Positions 22,375 through 32,780 of a stretch of 64,000 nt of DNA are shown here, in pieces. A model generated the notes under the pieces. The model did no database searches. It was given only the letters and a program-made list of their open reading frames with translations, and had not been told where the DNA came from. Origin of the DNA: Planktothrix sp. GU0601_MAG3 (GTDB taxonomy: Bacteria > Cyanobacteriota > Cyanobacteriia > Cyanobacteriales > Microcoleaceae); the NCBI GenBank assembly GCA_035193785.1, contig CP136572.1:96001-160000 (forward strand), written 5' to 3'. Numbering within the stretch: position 1 is the stretch's first letter; each line of letters opens with the position of its first letter. A program made the position numbers and the translations under genes.

Positions 22375-23826
22375 TTATTGATTACTATTTATGTTTTGAA
22401 TTAAATTCCCCAAAATTTTCATCGCTTGCTCCAGTTGCTCTGACCAAGGCAAACCACAGTTTAAGCGAAAACAATTTCTATAGGCTCCCGATGCCGAAAA
22501 CATCGAACCTGGAGCAATACTAATTTGATGTTGATAGGCTTGTTCATGTAATTCTAAAGCGTCAAAATGGGCGGGCAATTCTACCCACAATACATGACCC
22601 CCCGAAGGACGAGAAACCTTAGTTTCTGGGGGGAAATAATCACAAATTGCCTGGGTTATGCGCATCACTTGTTCATAATAAGCTCGTCTTAATTGGCGCA
22701 AATGTCGTTCATAGCCACCATTGGATAAAAAAGCCGCGATCGCTAACTGATTTACCGTCGCCGTAGCCATATTAGTAAATAGTTTTAATTGTTCGACTTG
22801 AGTTTGATATTGTCCCGCCACTAACCAGCCAACCCGTAATCCTGGGGATAGGGTTTTACTACAGGAAGCACAATATAAAACTAATCCTTTTTGATCAAAG
22901 GCTTTAATCGCTTTCGGGCGGTTTCCTTGAAAACATAAATCCCCATAAACATCATCTTCTACTAGGGGAATATTATATTTTTCTAAGAGTGTAACTAATT
23001 GTTTTTTGTGTAAATCACTCATACAAGTGCCTAAAGGATTACTAAAATTAGACACTAAGGCACAAGCAGCAATTGAACATTTTTTTAAGGCCGTTTCTAA
23101 GGTGTCTAAACAGAGTCCTTCCCGGGGATGGGTTGGTAATTCTAAGGCGCGTAAATTCAGTGAGGCTATGACTTCTAATAATCCATAATAGGAGGGGGAT
23201 TCAATGGCAACGGTATCCCCGGGTTTGGTGATCGCTCGCAAGGATAAATACAGGGCTTCGGTGGTGCCATTGGTAATCAAAATCTGATCCGGTGTGATCG
23301 AACATCCGGCTTCCATTAACCGACGGGCAACTTCATGCCGCAGGGGTTCACAACCGGGCAGGACATCATAGGAATGGCAGCGCTCCGGGTCATTTCTCAA
23401 GGCTTGTCCGATCAAACGGTTGAGGGTAGCTAGGGGAAGCAGGGACGGATCGGCTACTGCGGCCCCGAGTTTAATGATATTCGGTTCCCGCAGGGTGCGA
23501 TTAATGCGGACAGCCAGGGACGTATCAACCTGTAGGGCTCTGTGGGGCGGGGCTGAGGGGTTGGGTTCCTCTCGATGGGATAGCAGGCCTGGACGGACAA
23601 AATAACCGGACTGGGGGCGCACGGCAATTAATCCCCGGTCTTCTAATAGACGATAGGCTTCTAAGACCGTAGAAATACTCACGTTCATCTGTTGGTGCAT
23701 TTTTCGCACGGAGGGAATGCGATCGCCGGTTTGTAAAGTGCCTTCGCTAATTAGGGCTTCTATTCTATGGGCCACCTGTTCATAGAGGTTTGTGCCATTT
23801 TCCGTTTCCAGGGGTCTAACTTTCAT
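22375..23826 (-). CDS. MocR-subfamily GntR regulator (wHTH + PLP aminotransferase domain)
   Basis: LYEQVA..I, GDRIPSVR, AYRLLEDRG, VEDDVYGDL, SKTLSPGLRVGW. Confidence 0.93.
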   Translation of the reverse strand: MKVRPLETENGTNLYEQVAHRIEALISEGTLQTGDRIPSVRKMHQQMNVSISTVLEAYRLLEDRGLIAVRPQSGYFVRPGLLSHREEPNPSAPPHRALQVDTSLAVRINRTLREPNIIKLGAAVADPSLLPLATLNRLIGQALRNDPERCHSYDVLPGCEPLRHEVARRLMEAGCSITPDQILITNGTTEALYLSLRAITKPGDTVAIESPSYYGLLEVIASLNLRALELPTHPREGLCLDTLETALKKCSIAACALVSNFSNPLGTCMSDLHKKQLVTLLEKYNIPLVEDDVYGDLCFQGNRPKAIKAFDQKGLVLYCASCSKTLSPGLRVGWLVAGQYQTQVEQLKLFTNMATATVNQLAIAAFLSNGGYERHLRQLRRAYYEQVMRITQAICDYFPPETKVSRPSGGHVLWVELPAHFDALELHEQAYQHQISIAPGSMFSASGAYRNCFRLNCGLPWSEQLEQAMKILGNLIQNINSNQ

Positions 23827-23842
23827 TGGCTTGGTCGGGGGG

Positions 23843-23896
23843 TAACAGTTCAGGGTTGACAATAGCATAACAGTTCAGAAAAATAAAACTGTTATG
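23843..23896. promoter_or_regulatory. Putative MocR operator
   Basis: Perfect inverted repeat CATAACAGTT-N11-AACTGTTATG (23866-23896) plus direct repeat TAACAGTTCAG at 23843 and 23868. Confidence 0.7.
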
Positions 23897-24108
23897 GTTA
23901 GAATTCAGTATAACTGCATCTGTACGGGTGAGAGAGAAACCGCAACAATAGGAATAGAAAAAGATTAGTTTTCCCAAGTAGCAATTAAGCAAGGATTGAA
24001 CGGGACAAAATCAGATTTTTTCGGTTGAGGTGTACTGAAACTAAACACCCCGGTTTGTCATCGGTATTTGTTTAATTTTGGGACAACTCACCATCCATTC
24101 TTAGTGAG

Positions 24109-24411
24109 GTGATTCGGATGAAAATGACCAGGAGTTCATCATTGGCGACGCTGCAAACACCTTTTCCTGTATTGCACCGTTATCAATCAAAAGGTTGGGA
24201 TTTTAGCAAAAATATTCTTCATAGCCTCAAAAGTATTACGACAATATTTGTGAATGCCTTCTCCTCACAAACTGAACCTAAAATCTGGCAAAAAAAAGAT
24301 GCTGACGGCAATATAATTTGGCAAACTTATGATCCGGTGACGGGTTATCAAGCCCGGTTTGATACGGAACAAGAAGTTAGAATTTGGTTAGAAAAACGTT
24401 ATAATTTATAA
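24109..24411 (+). CDS. Small hypothetical protein divergent from the MocR regulator
   Basis: 100 aa; EPKIWQ..D..G...WQTYDP.TG....F.TEQEVRIWLE.RY; GAGG RBS nearby. Confidence 0.75.
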   Translation: MIRMKMTRSSSLATLQTPFPVLHRYQSKGWDFSKNILHSLKSITTIFVNAFSSQTEPKIWQKKDADGNIIWQTYDPVTGYQARFDTEQEVRIWLEKRYNL

Positions 24412-24426
24412 AAAAATAAAACATCT

Positions 24427-24452
24427 AAATCCGCCTAAAAAGGGGGATTTTT
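24427..24452 (+). terminator. Possible intrinsic terminator
   Basis: AAATCCGCC...GGGGGATTTTT imperfect hairpin followed by T-run. Confidence 0.4.
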
Positions 24453-24606
24453 ATTGTGATAATTTTAGTGATAGCAAGAGGCAATAGGGAATAGGCAATG
24501 GGCAATCTCGCTATAGTTAAATACTTACTATGAGCAGCTTTTAGCTTTCAAGAATGTCCTAATAAATGTGGCAACTGCTATAAACCACAAAGACACAAAG
24601 AAGTAA

Positions 24607-24672
24607 GTAAGGGCGGGTTCTGTTAGATATTTGTTAATTACCTAAATCTCGATCAACCCGCTCCGACAAATG
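24607..24672 (-). repeat. Inverted copy of the 87-bp REP-like unit found at 26739-27008
   Basis: Reverse complement matches CATTTGT.GG.GCGGGTT.ATCGAGATTTAGGTAATTAACAAATATCTAA...CGCCCTTAC. Confidence 0.85.
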
Positions 24673-24684
24673 CTATAGTTATTT

Positions 24685-25344
24685 TTAAAACCATTCCTCT
24701 ACTTCTTCCCATCCCTGACCTTTTCTAACAATAATAGGTTGATCAGTTGTTAGATCAATAATCGTTGAAACATGATATCCTGGGTCTGAAGTATCATCTA
24801 CAATAATATCGACTAATTTACCTAAACTGTCATACAACCTGGCTTTATCAACTTGATCTTCTATGGGTAAAGCAATTGGAGCTTGACCTTCTTCTTCTGT
24901 GGTAATATGGGCAGAAGTTGAAATAATAGGATTGCCTAAAGTTTTAAGAATGGACAAACAACCTTGATGATTAGGAACCCGAATACCCGTGGTTTTCCGT
25001 TTAGGAGACATGACTAATTTAGGAACTAATTTAGTCGCGGGTAATAGGAAAGTATATGTCCCCGGAACTAATCTTTTAATTAAACGATAGGCGGAGTCAC
25101 TTACAATGGCATAATCGGTAATATTAGACAGGGAAGAACACAGGAAAGTTAGGGGTTTATCGTTGGAAAGTTGTTTAATGCGTCGGACTCGTTCAATGGC
25201 TGACTTAACGGTTAAATCACAACCAATAGCATAGACCGTATCCGTCGGATATAGCATCACCGCCCCATTCTTGAGGTCGTCTTTGATTTTTTCCAGGGTG
25301 CGTTCCTGGGGGTTTTGGGGATGGATTTCGTATAGAATTGCCAT
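24685..25344 (-). CDS. Sua5/YciO/YrdC-family threonylcarbamoyl-AMP synthase
   Basis: IHPQNPQ, YPTDTVYAIGC, KRKTTGIRVP, PIISTSA. Confidence 0.92.
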   Translation of the reverse strand: MAILYEIHPQNPQERTLEKIKDDLKNGAVMLYPTDTVYAIGCDLTVKSAIERVRRIKQLSNDKPLTFLCSSLSNITDYAIVSDSAYRLIKRLVPGTYTFLLPATKLVPKLVMSPKRKTTGIRVPNHQGCLSILKTLGNPIISTSAHITTEEEGQAPIALPIEDQVDKARLYDSLGKLVDIIVDDTSDPGYHVSTIIDLTTDQPIIVRKGQGWEEVEEWF

Positions 25345-25423
25345 GGTAATATGTTGTATTTTAGAAAACAAATTTTATATTGATTTCAAGACTAGCAGAC
25401 TAACGACAAATTAACGACAAATT

Positions 25424-26687
25424 ATGGCTAAGATTGCTTATTTTCAATGTCCGACGGGAATTTCTGGCGATATGTGTCTGGGAGCATTAGTCCACGCGGG
25501 TGTTCCTCTGGATTATTTAAAAGAAAAGTTAGAGTTACTGGGAATTGGGGCAGAATATGAGTTAAAAGCCGAACCTGTCCGTCGTCAGGGACAGTTAGCT
25601 ACAAAAGTTTCTGTTAATTTAACTCAACAAAACTCTGATCACCATGATCATGAACATCATCATCATTCTAGTGCTACCCGGCATTTATCACAAATTGAAG
25701 CCATTATTCTGCAAGCTAAATTACCTCAACAGGTAGAAATTAGGAGTTTAGCTATTTTTCGCAAGTTAGCCCAAGCGGAAGCGGATGTTCATGGTATTTC
25801 TGTGGAAGAAGTGCATTTTCATGAAGTCGGGGCGACGGATGCAATTGTGGATATTGTCGGGACTTGTTTGGGTTTAGATTGGTTAAATATTGAACAATTT
25901 TACTGTTCGACATTACCGACTGGAGGCGGAACAGTTTGGGCGGCTCATGGTCAATTACCTGTTCCGGCTCCGGCGGTTTTAAAGTTATTTGAAATGGGGA
26001 AAGTTCCGGTTTATAGTAATGGAATTGAACGGGAATTAGTGACACCAACGGGGGCGGCAATTGCGGTTACTTTAGCTCAAGGTTTTGGAGAACCTCCGGC
26101 TTTATCTATTCAAACTATTGGATTAGGTGCGGGTTTCTAGGGATTTACCTATTCCTAATATTTTAAGGCTATGGGTTGGGGAACAAAATCAATCCCCAGA
26201 TTCCGATATTTTTTCAACGGTTAATACGGAAATTCAAACGATTTCAGAAACTATTTTTGTACTACAAACTCAAATTGATGATTTAAGTCCTCAAGTGATT
26301 GCTTATACTTTTGAATTGTTATTTCAAGCGGGGGCTATTGATGTTTTTAGTCAACCGATTACCATGAAAAAATCCCGTTTAGGCGTATTATTAACGATAA
26401 TTTGTCATCCCGAACATCGTCAAGTTTGCGAAGCTATATTATTTCGAGAAACTACAACATTAGGCATTCGTCATACCCTACAAAATCGCAGTATTTTAAA
26501 ACGGGATATTCAAACAGTTGAAACTCAATATGGTGCAGTTAGAGTTAAAGTGGGTTTTTCAGGTAAAAAAATCACCAATGTTCAACCGGAATATGAAGAC
26601 TGTGCAAAACTCGCTAAACAGCATAAAGTTAGTTGGTTAGAAGTTCATAGATTAGCATTACAAAGTTGGTATGGTTTACCTGGGTAA
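25424..26687 (+). CDS. larC: Nickel pincer cofactor biosynthesis protein LarC, frameshift near 26135
   Basis: [11 protein letters not shown], His-rich stretch, [41 protein letters not shown]. Confidence 0.93.
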
Positions 26688-26692
26688 TTATG

Positions 26693-26720
26693 AATTACGA
26701 ATTACGAATTACGAATTACG
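26693..26720. repeat. Heptamer repeat (AATTACG)x4
   Basis: Read directly. Confidence 0.85.
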
Positions 26721-26738
26721 AATGGGTAATGGGCTTTT

Positions 26739-27008
26739 TTAGTTATCAATTATCATTTGTAGGGGCGGGTTTATCGAGATTTAGGTAATTAACAAATATC
26801 TAAAATAACTCGCCCTTAACAGAAATTAGTTATCAATTATCATTTGTAGGGGCGGGTTTATCGGGATTTAGGTAATTAACAAATATCTAAAATAACTCGC
26901 CCTTAACGGAAATTAGTTATCAATTATCATTTGTAGGGGCGGGTTTATCGGGATTTGGGTAATTAACAAATATCTAAAATAACCCGCCCTTACCAAAAAT
27001 TAGTTATT
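26739..27008. repeat. Three tandem 87-bp units, each a GTAGGGGCGGGTT...AAC(T/C)CGCCCTTA palindromic REP-like element
   Basis: Units start at 26739, 26826 and 26913; near identical with no spacers. Confidence 0.92.
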
Positions 27009-27169
27009 AGTTCTGAAATTCAGAAAAAATTACCAAAATGAAGCATAATTTTATCATACAAATCAGTTCGCTTAATTATCTGGCTGGGAATCTATAAAAG
27101 AATATTAAGAAATTAGACTTAACTTCTATTGCTATTTATAATAGAGTTAGGATTGGAGATCAAAAAAAT

Positions 27170-27952
27170 ATGAATTATTTCTTTAGCTCTTTTTTTATTC
27201 TACTAGCTTATTTGATCATCACCGGGTTTAAATTAGATCGAGAATATCAAAGGGGTGTGGTTTTTAGATTAGGACGAATTCAATCTGTTAAAGGGCCGGG
27301 TTTATATTGGATTATTCCGATATTTGATCAAAAAGTTCAAGTGGATATTAGAACCAAAACCGTTGATATTGAACCGCAAGAAACGATTACATCTGATAGT
27401 GTAACTATTCGAGTCAATGCTGTTCTTTATTACCGTTTAATTGATCCTTCTAAGGCAATTGTTAAGGTAGAAAGTTATGAAAAAGCAGTTTATCAAGCCG
27501 CCTTAACAACCCTGCGAAATGTCATTGGTCAAAGTAGTCTTGATGATGTTTTACAAAATCGAGATAAAATTAATCAGAAAATTCAAGAACTCGTGGATGA
27601 AATGACTGAATCCTGGGGAGTTGTGATTGAAAGAGTAGAAATGAAAGATGTGGAAATTCCTACTTCTATGCAACGAGCTATGGCAAAAGTAGCCGAAGCA
27701 CTTCGAGAAAAACGTTCCCGTTTAATTAAAGCAGAAGCGGAACAAGAAGCCTCAATTAAGTTAGCAGAAGCCTCTCAATTAATTATGGCAAACCCCGCCG
27801 CCTTGGAGTTAAGACGGTTACAAATGCTATCGGAAATTGGGATAGAAAATAACACCACAACTATTGTGGTGCTTCCCTCGGATTTATTGCCTTTTGTTCA
27901 AAATTTGAGTGTTCCACCCCAACAAAAACCCCCTCTACCCCCGAAAGTATAA
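27170..27952 (+). CDS. SPFH/band-7 stomatin-like (slipin) protein
   Basis: EYQRGVVFRLGR, QETITSDSVT, TTLRNVIG, MQRAMA, ALELRRLQ. Confidence 0.93.
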   Translation: MNYFFSSFFILLAYLIITGFKLDREYQRGVVFRLGRIQSVKGPGLYWIIPIFDQKVQVDIRTKTVDIEPQETITSDSVTIRVNAVLYYRLIDPSKAIVKVESYEKAVYQAALTTLRNVIGQSSLDDVLQNRDKINQKIQELVDEMTESWGVVIERVEMKDVEIPTSMQRAMAKVAEALREKRSRLIKAEAEQEASIKLAEASQLIMANPAALELRRLQMLSEIGIENNTTTIVVLPSDLLPFVQNLSVPPQQKPPLPPKV

Positions 27953-28090
27953 TCCCAAGTAGGGGGTCTAGTCTTCAACTTTGACCCTATTGAGGGTTTG
28001 GTTTCTAAACCCCTACAGCGATATTAATATGCAAAGTAACCCTTTTAATATTAAGCTATAGGTTTAGATGTTGTTTATTTAATCACCGTC

Positions 28091-28619
28091 ATGGACTTCT
28101 CATTATCAACAGCAGAATTGCTCAACTTTTCTAAATGGATAGGAATTGCCACTTTAGTTCTTACTGTAATTACTGTCTTATCATTTATTTTTAAATGGGG
28201 AATTAGGTTTAGGTTAGTAGGAATTACAGCTTTTACAGGGGTTCTAACGGGTGGAGTTTTTGGTCTAGGCTTGGGTTTATTTCATCATGTTCAAATTCCT
28301 GGGGCGGCGCGTTATGCTCGGGTCTTTGATGATGGAGGTAGACAGATTGTGATTTCTGTTTCACCTAATATTACCAAAACTGAATTAGATGCTACCTTGC
28401 GTCAAGCGGCGTCGGATTTATATTCTTCTGGACGGGGGGGACAATTTCAAGCCCCGCTCCTAGTTCGCGCCAGAAACCCTTGTTCACCCCGATGCTAACG
28501 TTTCTCAACCCCTCTATTTAGGTCAAGTTAAACGTTCTGTGACTGAACAAGAAAATGAAAACTTAGATATTCAGATATCCGAGAAAAATCTCGCTCGTTT
28601 AAAACAATTTCAGTCTTAG
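28091..28619 (+). CDS. ycf51: Ycf51 family protein, frameshift near 28475
   Basis: WGIRFRLVGIT, IPGA.RY..VFDDG, ATLRQAASDL.S.GR, SQPLYLGQV. Confidence 0.85.
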
Positions 28620-29276
28620 TTTTTGGGTTTTTGAACAATTAAATGGGTAGGTTGATAGTCGAGAATAAAAGTTGTCATAATCTCGCGTTCTTCTATTGTA
28701 GGTGTAGCTAAACATCCTGATGTTCCGGTTTCTGAAACAGATGAAAAAGCCGAGGGGTCATAATGTACACCTAACCCCACCCTTTCTGTGGGAAAAGTTG
28801 GTGTAATTGCTGACCAAACCCCACCAAATTCTCCGGGTGCATCTTCAACGATACCCGGAGCATCAAAGGTATAAATCCCAAAGGGTAATGGGGTTTGAGT
28901 TCCCGATATATCGCAGGGAATTTGATTACCAATACGACCGGAAACACAGCGCACGGTATTAATAATTGTACCCGTATTATCTACTAATTGGGTTTGATAA
29001 ACTTGTAAACCCCCTCCAATTTGTTCCTCGGTTTGTGTGGATATAATTTTAGCACCCGGAATGGCTAAAATTTCGGCATCAATCAGCGTTAAGTATTTCG
29101 CAGCTACCCAACGATTTATTCCAATGGGTGTCCAAATTTCCTCCTCAATATTAACAGAATCCCCACTAATTTCGACCTGGGTTTCCATCGTTCAAAACAT
29201 CAACAATTTCACCGTTGGGCGTCGCACGGACATTCAGGGTATCGCCGGGAGTATTAACAATAGCTGTAGGAGTCAT
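28616..29276 (-). CDS. Bacterial SH3 domain + L,D-transpeptidase-like domain protein, frameshift near 29183
   Basis: N-terminus MTPTAIVNTPGDTLNVRATPNG..; W....NRWVAAKYL; C-terminal GVHYDP...GTSGC motif. Confidence 0.65.
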
Positions 29277-29311
29277 ATTAGTATTTGCAAGTCTATTGAT
29301 TCTATTTTATC

Positions 29312-30637
29312 CTATTCTTTTGAATATACTCTCTTTCCCATAATATAAGTTGCTCGAATGGCTCGGTCATCCCCTAATATGATTAAACTAAAGACCGTTT
29401 CGGCAATTTTTAACCTGGTTTGTGTTTCGGAAATTTGTTGATTTCTGAATTTTATTAAGGGTGTAGAATTATAGTCCAAAACAATAAAATCCGCTTCTTT
29501 ACCGATATCAAAATTACCGATTTTATCCTCTAATTTTAAGGCTTTCGCTCCTCCTAATGTGGCTAAAAATAGGGCTTGAAAGGGCGAGAGGGTTTGATTT
29601 TGTAGTTGAGCAACTTTATAGGCGACCTTGGCGGTTTGCAGGAGGGAAAAACTGGTTCCGGCTCCAATATCAGTGCCCAAACCAACATTAATGGGATGGG
29701 TTTTAGATATGGCTTCATGGAGTTTAAACAGTCCACTTCCGAGGAATAAATTAGAAGTTGGGCAAAATGCAATCGCAGATTTAGCTTCAGATAAACGTTG
29801 AAATTCAGCTTCGGTTAAATGAATACCATGGGCAAAAATTGAACGTTCTCCGACTAAACCAGCTTGGTCATAAACCCCTAAATAATGGGGAGCTTCTGGG
29901 AAAAGTTCGGCGACAAATTCCACTTCTTTGAAATTTTCCGAGAGATGGGTTTGTAAATAAACATCGGGAAATTCTGTTAATAATTTTCCGGCTATTTTTA
30001 ATTGTTCGGGACTGGAAGTTATGGCAAAACGAGGGGTAACTGCATAGAGTAAACGTCCTTTTTTATGCCAAGTTTGGATTAATCTTTTGCTGTCTTGATA
30101 GGAGGTTTCGGGAGTGTCTTTTAAATAATCTGGTGCATGACTATCCATCATCACTTTACCCGAAATCATGCGTAAATTTCGGCGATAGGCTTCTTCAAAG
30201 AAAGCATCAACGGACTGGGGGAAAACCGTGGCAAAAACTAGGGCGGTTGTGGTTCCATTTTTGAGTAATTCATCTAGGAAAAATGCCGCGATTTTTTGAG
30301 CATATTCTTTACTACTAAATTTACGTTCTGTGGGAAAGGTATATTGATTTAACCATTCTAATAGTTGTTCCCCATAGGATGCTATCATTTCGGTTTGGGG
30401 GAAATGAATATGGGTATCAATAAATCCTGGTAATATTAATAAGTCTGGATAAGATTTTATGGGCAACCCTTGATATTTTTCTTTTAAATTGTTATAATGG
30501 TCGAAGTCTATAATGATTCCTGATTCTACGACTAATAATCCATCGGGAAGATAACGAACGCTGGTTTCTTCTGATTCATAAAAAGGATCATCAATAAAGT
30601 CTAAAAACGATGAGCGAAATAGTTTTAATTTGTTCAT
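29312..30637 (-). CDS. guaD: Guanine deaminase
   Basis: PGFIDTHIHFPQ, YAVTPRFA, QTHLSEN, CPTSNLFLGSG, GTDIGAG. Confidence 0.95.
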   Translation of the reverse strand: MNKLKLFRSSFLDFIDDPFYESEETSVRYLPDGLLVVESGIIIDFDHYNNLKEKYQGLPIKSYPDLLILPGFIDTHIHFPQTEMIASYGEQLLEWLNQYTFPTERKFSSKEYAQKIAAFFLDELLKNGTTTALVFATVFPQSVDAFFEEAYRRNLRMISGKVMMDSHAPDYLKDTPETSYQDSKRLIQTWHKKGRLLYAVTPRFAITSSPEQLKIAGKLLTEFPDVYLQTHLSENFKEVEFVAELFPEAPHYLGVYDQAGLVGERSIFAHGIHLTEAEFQRLSEAKSAIAFCPTSNLFLGSGLFKLHEAISKTHPINVGLGTDIGAGTSFSLLQTAKVAYKVAQLQNQTLSPFQALFLATLGGAKALKLEDKIGNFDIGKEADFIVLDYNSTPLIKFRNQQISETQTRLKIAETVFSLIILGDDRAIRATYIMGKRVYSKE

Positions 30638-30671
30638 GGTTGAGGGTTATTAGGGTTAATTAAAATCAAGT

Positions 30672-31172
30672 TTAATCAAATTTTTCATAAAGACGAAATT
30701 GGGCGATTTTGTAAATTTCTTCTAAAGCAGTTATTTTTTCCTGCTCTATAGAATTATTTAACCGTTGTTCAAAAGCTGATAAAATACTAATTTTTGTATG
30801 ATTTTTAACGGCAATAATGAAGGGAAAACTGAATTTATCTTTATAGGTTTGGTTAAGTTGGTGAAATTGTTTATATTCAGCAACTGTTAGACGGTCTAAC
30901 CCAACTCCGGCTTGTTCTTTTATCGAAGATTCTGCCATTTTTGCTTTACTTCCTAGGTCGGGATGGGCGCGAATTAAGGCTAATTGTTGTTGTGAATTAC
31001 TATTTTTAACAATATCAACCATGGTTTGATATAATATTTCTATAGTCTCAAAGGGTCGTTTTAATTCCGCTTGTTCTGCTACCCAAGGAGATGCTTCAAA
31101 AATAGACCCTAATGCTGCGATAAATTCTATCTGAGTCATTCGATTAACTTGGGATAAGGAATAGGTTTGCAT
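30672..31172 (-). CDS. uraD: OHCU decarboxylase
   Basis: IFEASPWVA, LIRAHPDLG, SIKEQAGVGL, YKDKFSFPFIIAVK. Confidence 0.93.
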   Translation of the reverse strand: MQTYSLSQVNRMTQIEFIAALGSIFEASPWVAEQAELKRPFETIEILYQTMVDIVKNSNSQQQLALIRAHPDLGSKAKMAESSIKEQAGVGLDRLTVAEYKQFHQLNQTYKDKFSFPFIIAVKNHTKISILSAFEQRLNNSIEQEKITALEEIYKIAQFRLYEKFD

Positions 31173-31177
31173 GGGGT

Positions 31178-31541
31178 TTAACTGCCTCGATAGGTACTAT
31201 AAGACCAGGGAGAAACTAATAGGGGAACGTGATAAGCAACGGTGGGGTTAGCAATGCCAAATCGAATCGGGATATAATCTAAAAATAAGGGATAATTTAG
31301 GGATTCATATTGGGTTTTAAAATAGTCCCCAACGGCAAAAACTAATTCATAAATTCCCTGATTTAATTCGGTTTCTGTTAATAGGGGTTTATCGGTTTCT
31401 ACCGTCTTTATTTGTAATAGAAGTTTTTAGGAGATTTCGTTCTCCTGTTTCCGAATTAATTTGCCATAATTCAATCTTTAAATAGGCGACGGGACGACCT
31501 TGGGCTGTGTCTAATACATGAGTTGTGAGTTTGCCGACCAT
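31178..31541 (-). CDS. uraH: 5-hydroxyisourate hydrolase (transthyretin-like), frameshifted and absent from the ORF track
   Basis: Manual translation: [17 protein letters not shown] ... [18 protein letters not shown]. Confidence 0.92.
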
Positions 31542-31542
31542 G

Positions 31543-31597
31543 AATGGGTAATGGGTAATGGGTAATGGGTAATGGGTAATGGGTAATGGGTAATGGG
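31543..31597. repeat. Heptamer repeat (AATGGGT)x~8 inside the purine operon
   Basis: Read directly. Confidence 0.95.
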
Positions 31598-31606
31598 ATA
31601 TTTATT

Positions 31607-32776
31607 TTAGTGAAAGGGGCCTCCTAGGATGGTTTTAGATAAAGCATTTGTAATGTCATTGGCTGTTTCTTGTTGGAGTTGTTGATACCATTGTTGGGTT
31701 AAATTTGGGTCTTTGCCATAAATTATATCGGCTCGTTTTCGGGCTTTAAGAACTAGGGTGGAAGTCCGTTCTTTGCGTTCGGCTTCATATCGTTTTAAAG
31801 CATATTCTACTCCTAAATTAGTAGTTAATAAAAATCGAGATAATATTTCTGCGTCTTCCATGGCTTGACAGCCTCCTTGTCCCAGGGTTGGAGTGGAAGC
31901 ATGGGCAGCATCTCCTAACAGTATAACTCGACCTTTAACCAGGGTTTCTAAGGGGTCTAAGTCATAAATCTCTAAACGGTTTAATTCCTGGGGGTTGAGA
32001 TTTTCAATTAGGCATTGAACGGGGGACGGCCATTGGGCAAAAATTGATTTTAACTCCCGTTGACGGTGCTCCGGTTCAACAATTGTTCCCCTAGCCATGG
32101 GACAACCAAAGAAATAATAAAAGCGATTATTGCCAATGGGCATCATCGAGGCTCGTTTGCTTTCTCCTACATAAATTACCCAAGTATTTTTATCTCCTAA
32201 ATCGGGATTAATTTCAATTAAACCATTCCAATTCACATAACCTGCATAACGCAATTCTACCGGATGACCGACCACATAATCCCGCAATTGAGAATGTATT
32301 CCATCGGCGGCAATTAATAGGTCTCCTCGGGTTTGATATCCATTGGCAAAATAGGCGGTAACACCCTGGGCATCCTGTTCAACTCCAATACATTGAGCAT
32401 TAAGTTTAACGGTTTCAATATTATTATTAAAGGCATTTAAAAGCAGGGATTGTAATTCCGTGCGAGACACGGGATAGGGCTGCTGTCCCACGGTTTCGGT
32501 AACAGGATGGAGATTAATTTGATTGAATAATTTATCGGTATGACTGCGATATTCCATCCTATCCATCTGTCCGCCAATTTTGGCAATTTCATCCCCCAAC
32601 CCCAAACTATTGAGAACTTTAACCCCATTTGACCAAATAGAAATGCCTGCCCCGGCGGGACGAATTTCGCTAGTTTTTTCATAAATTTCTACGGTATATC
32701 CCGCCCGTTTTAGGGTTAAACCTGCGGTTAAACCACCAATTCCTGCACCGATAATAATAATTTTGAGATGATTCAT
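31607..32776 (-). CDS. hpxO: FAD-dependent urate hydroxylase
   Basis: GAGIGG, ISIWSNGVK, YAGYVNWNG, GDAAHASTPTLGQGGCQAMEDA; operon with uraH and uraD. Confidence 0.92.
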   Translation of the reverse strand: MNHLKIIIIGAGIGGLTAGLTLKRAGYTVEIYEKTSEIRPAGAGISIWSNGVKVLNSLGLGDEIAKIGGQMDRMEYRSHTDKLFNQINLHPVTETVGQQPYPVSRTELQSLLLNAFNNNIETVKLNAQCIGVEQDAQGVTAYFANGYQTRGDLLIAADGIHSQLRDYVVGHPVELRYAGYVNWNGLIEINPDLGDKNTWVIYVGESKRASMMPIGNNRFYYFFGCPMARGTIVEPEHRQRELKSIFAQWPSPVQCLIENLNPQELNRLEIYDLDPLETLVKGRVILLGDAAHASTPTLGQGGCQAMEDAEILSRFLLTTNLGVEYALKRYEAERKERTSTLVLKARKRADIIYGKDPNLTQQWYQQLQQETANDITNALSKTILGGPFH

Positions 32777-32780
32777 AATT

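Noticed and set aside
26739..27008. Possible CRISPR array
   Set aside because: The 87-bp units are near identical along their whole length with no unique spacers, and no cas genes are in the window.
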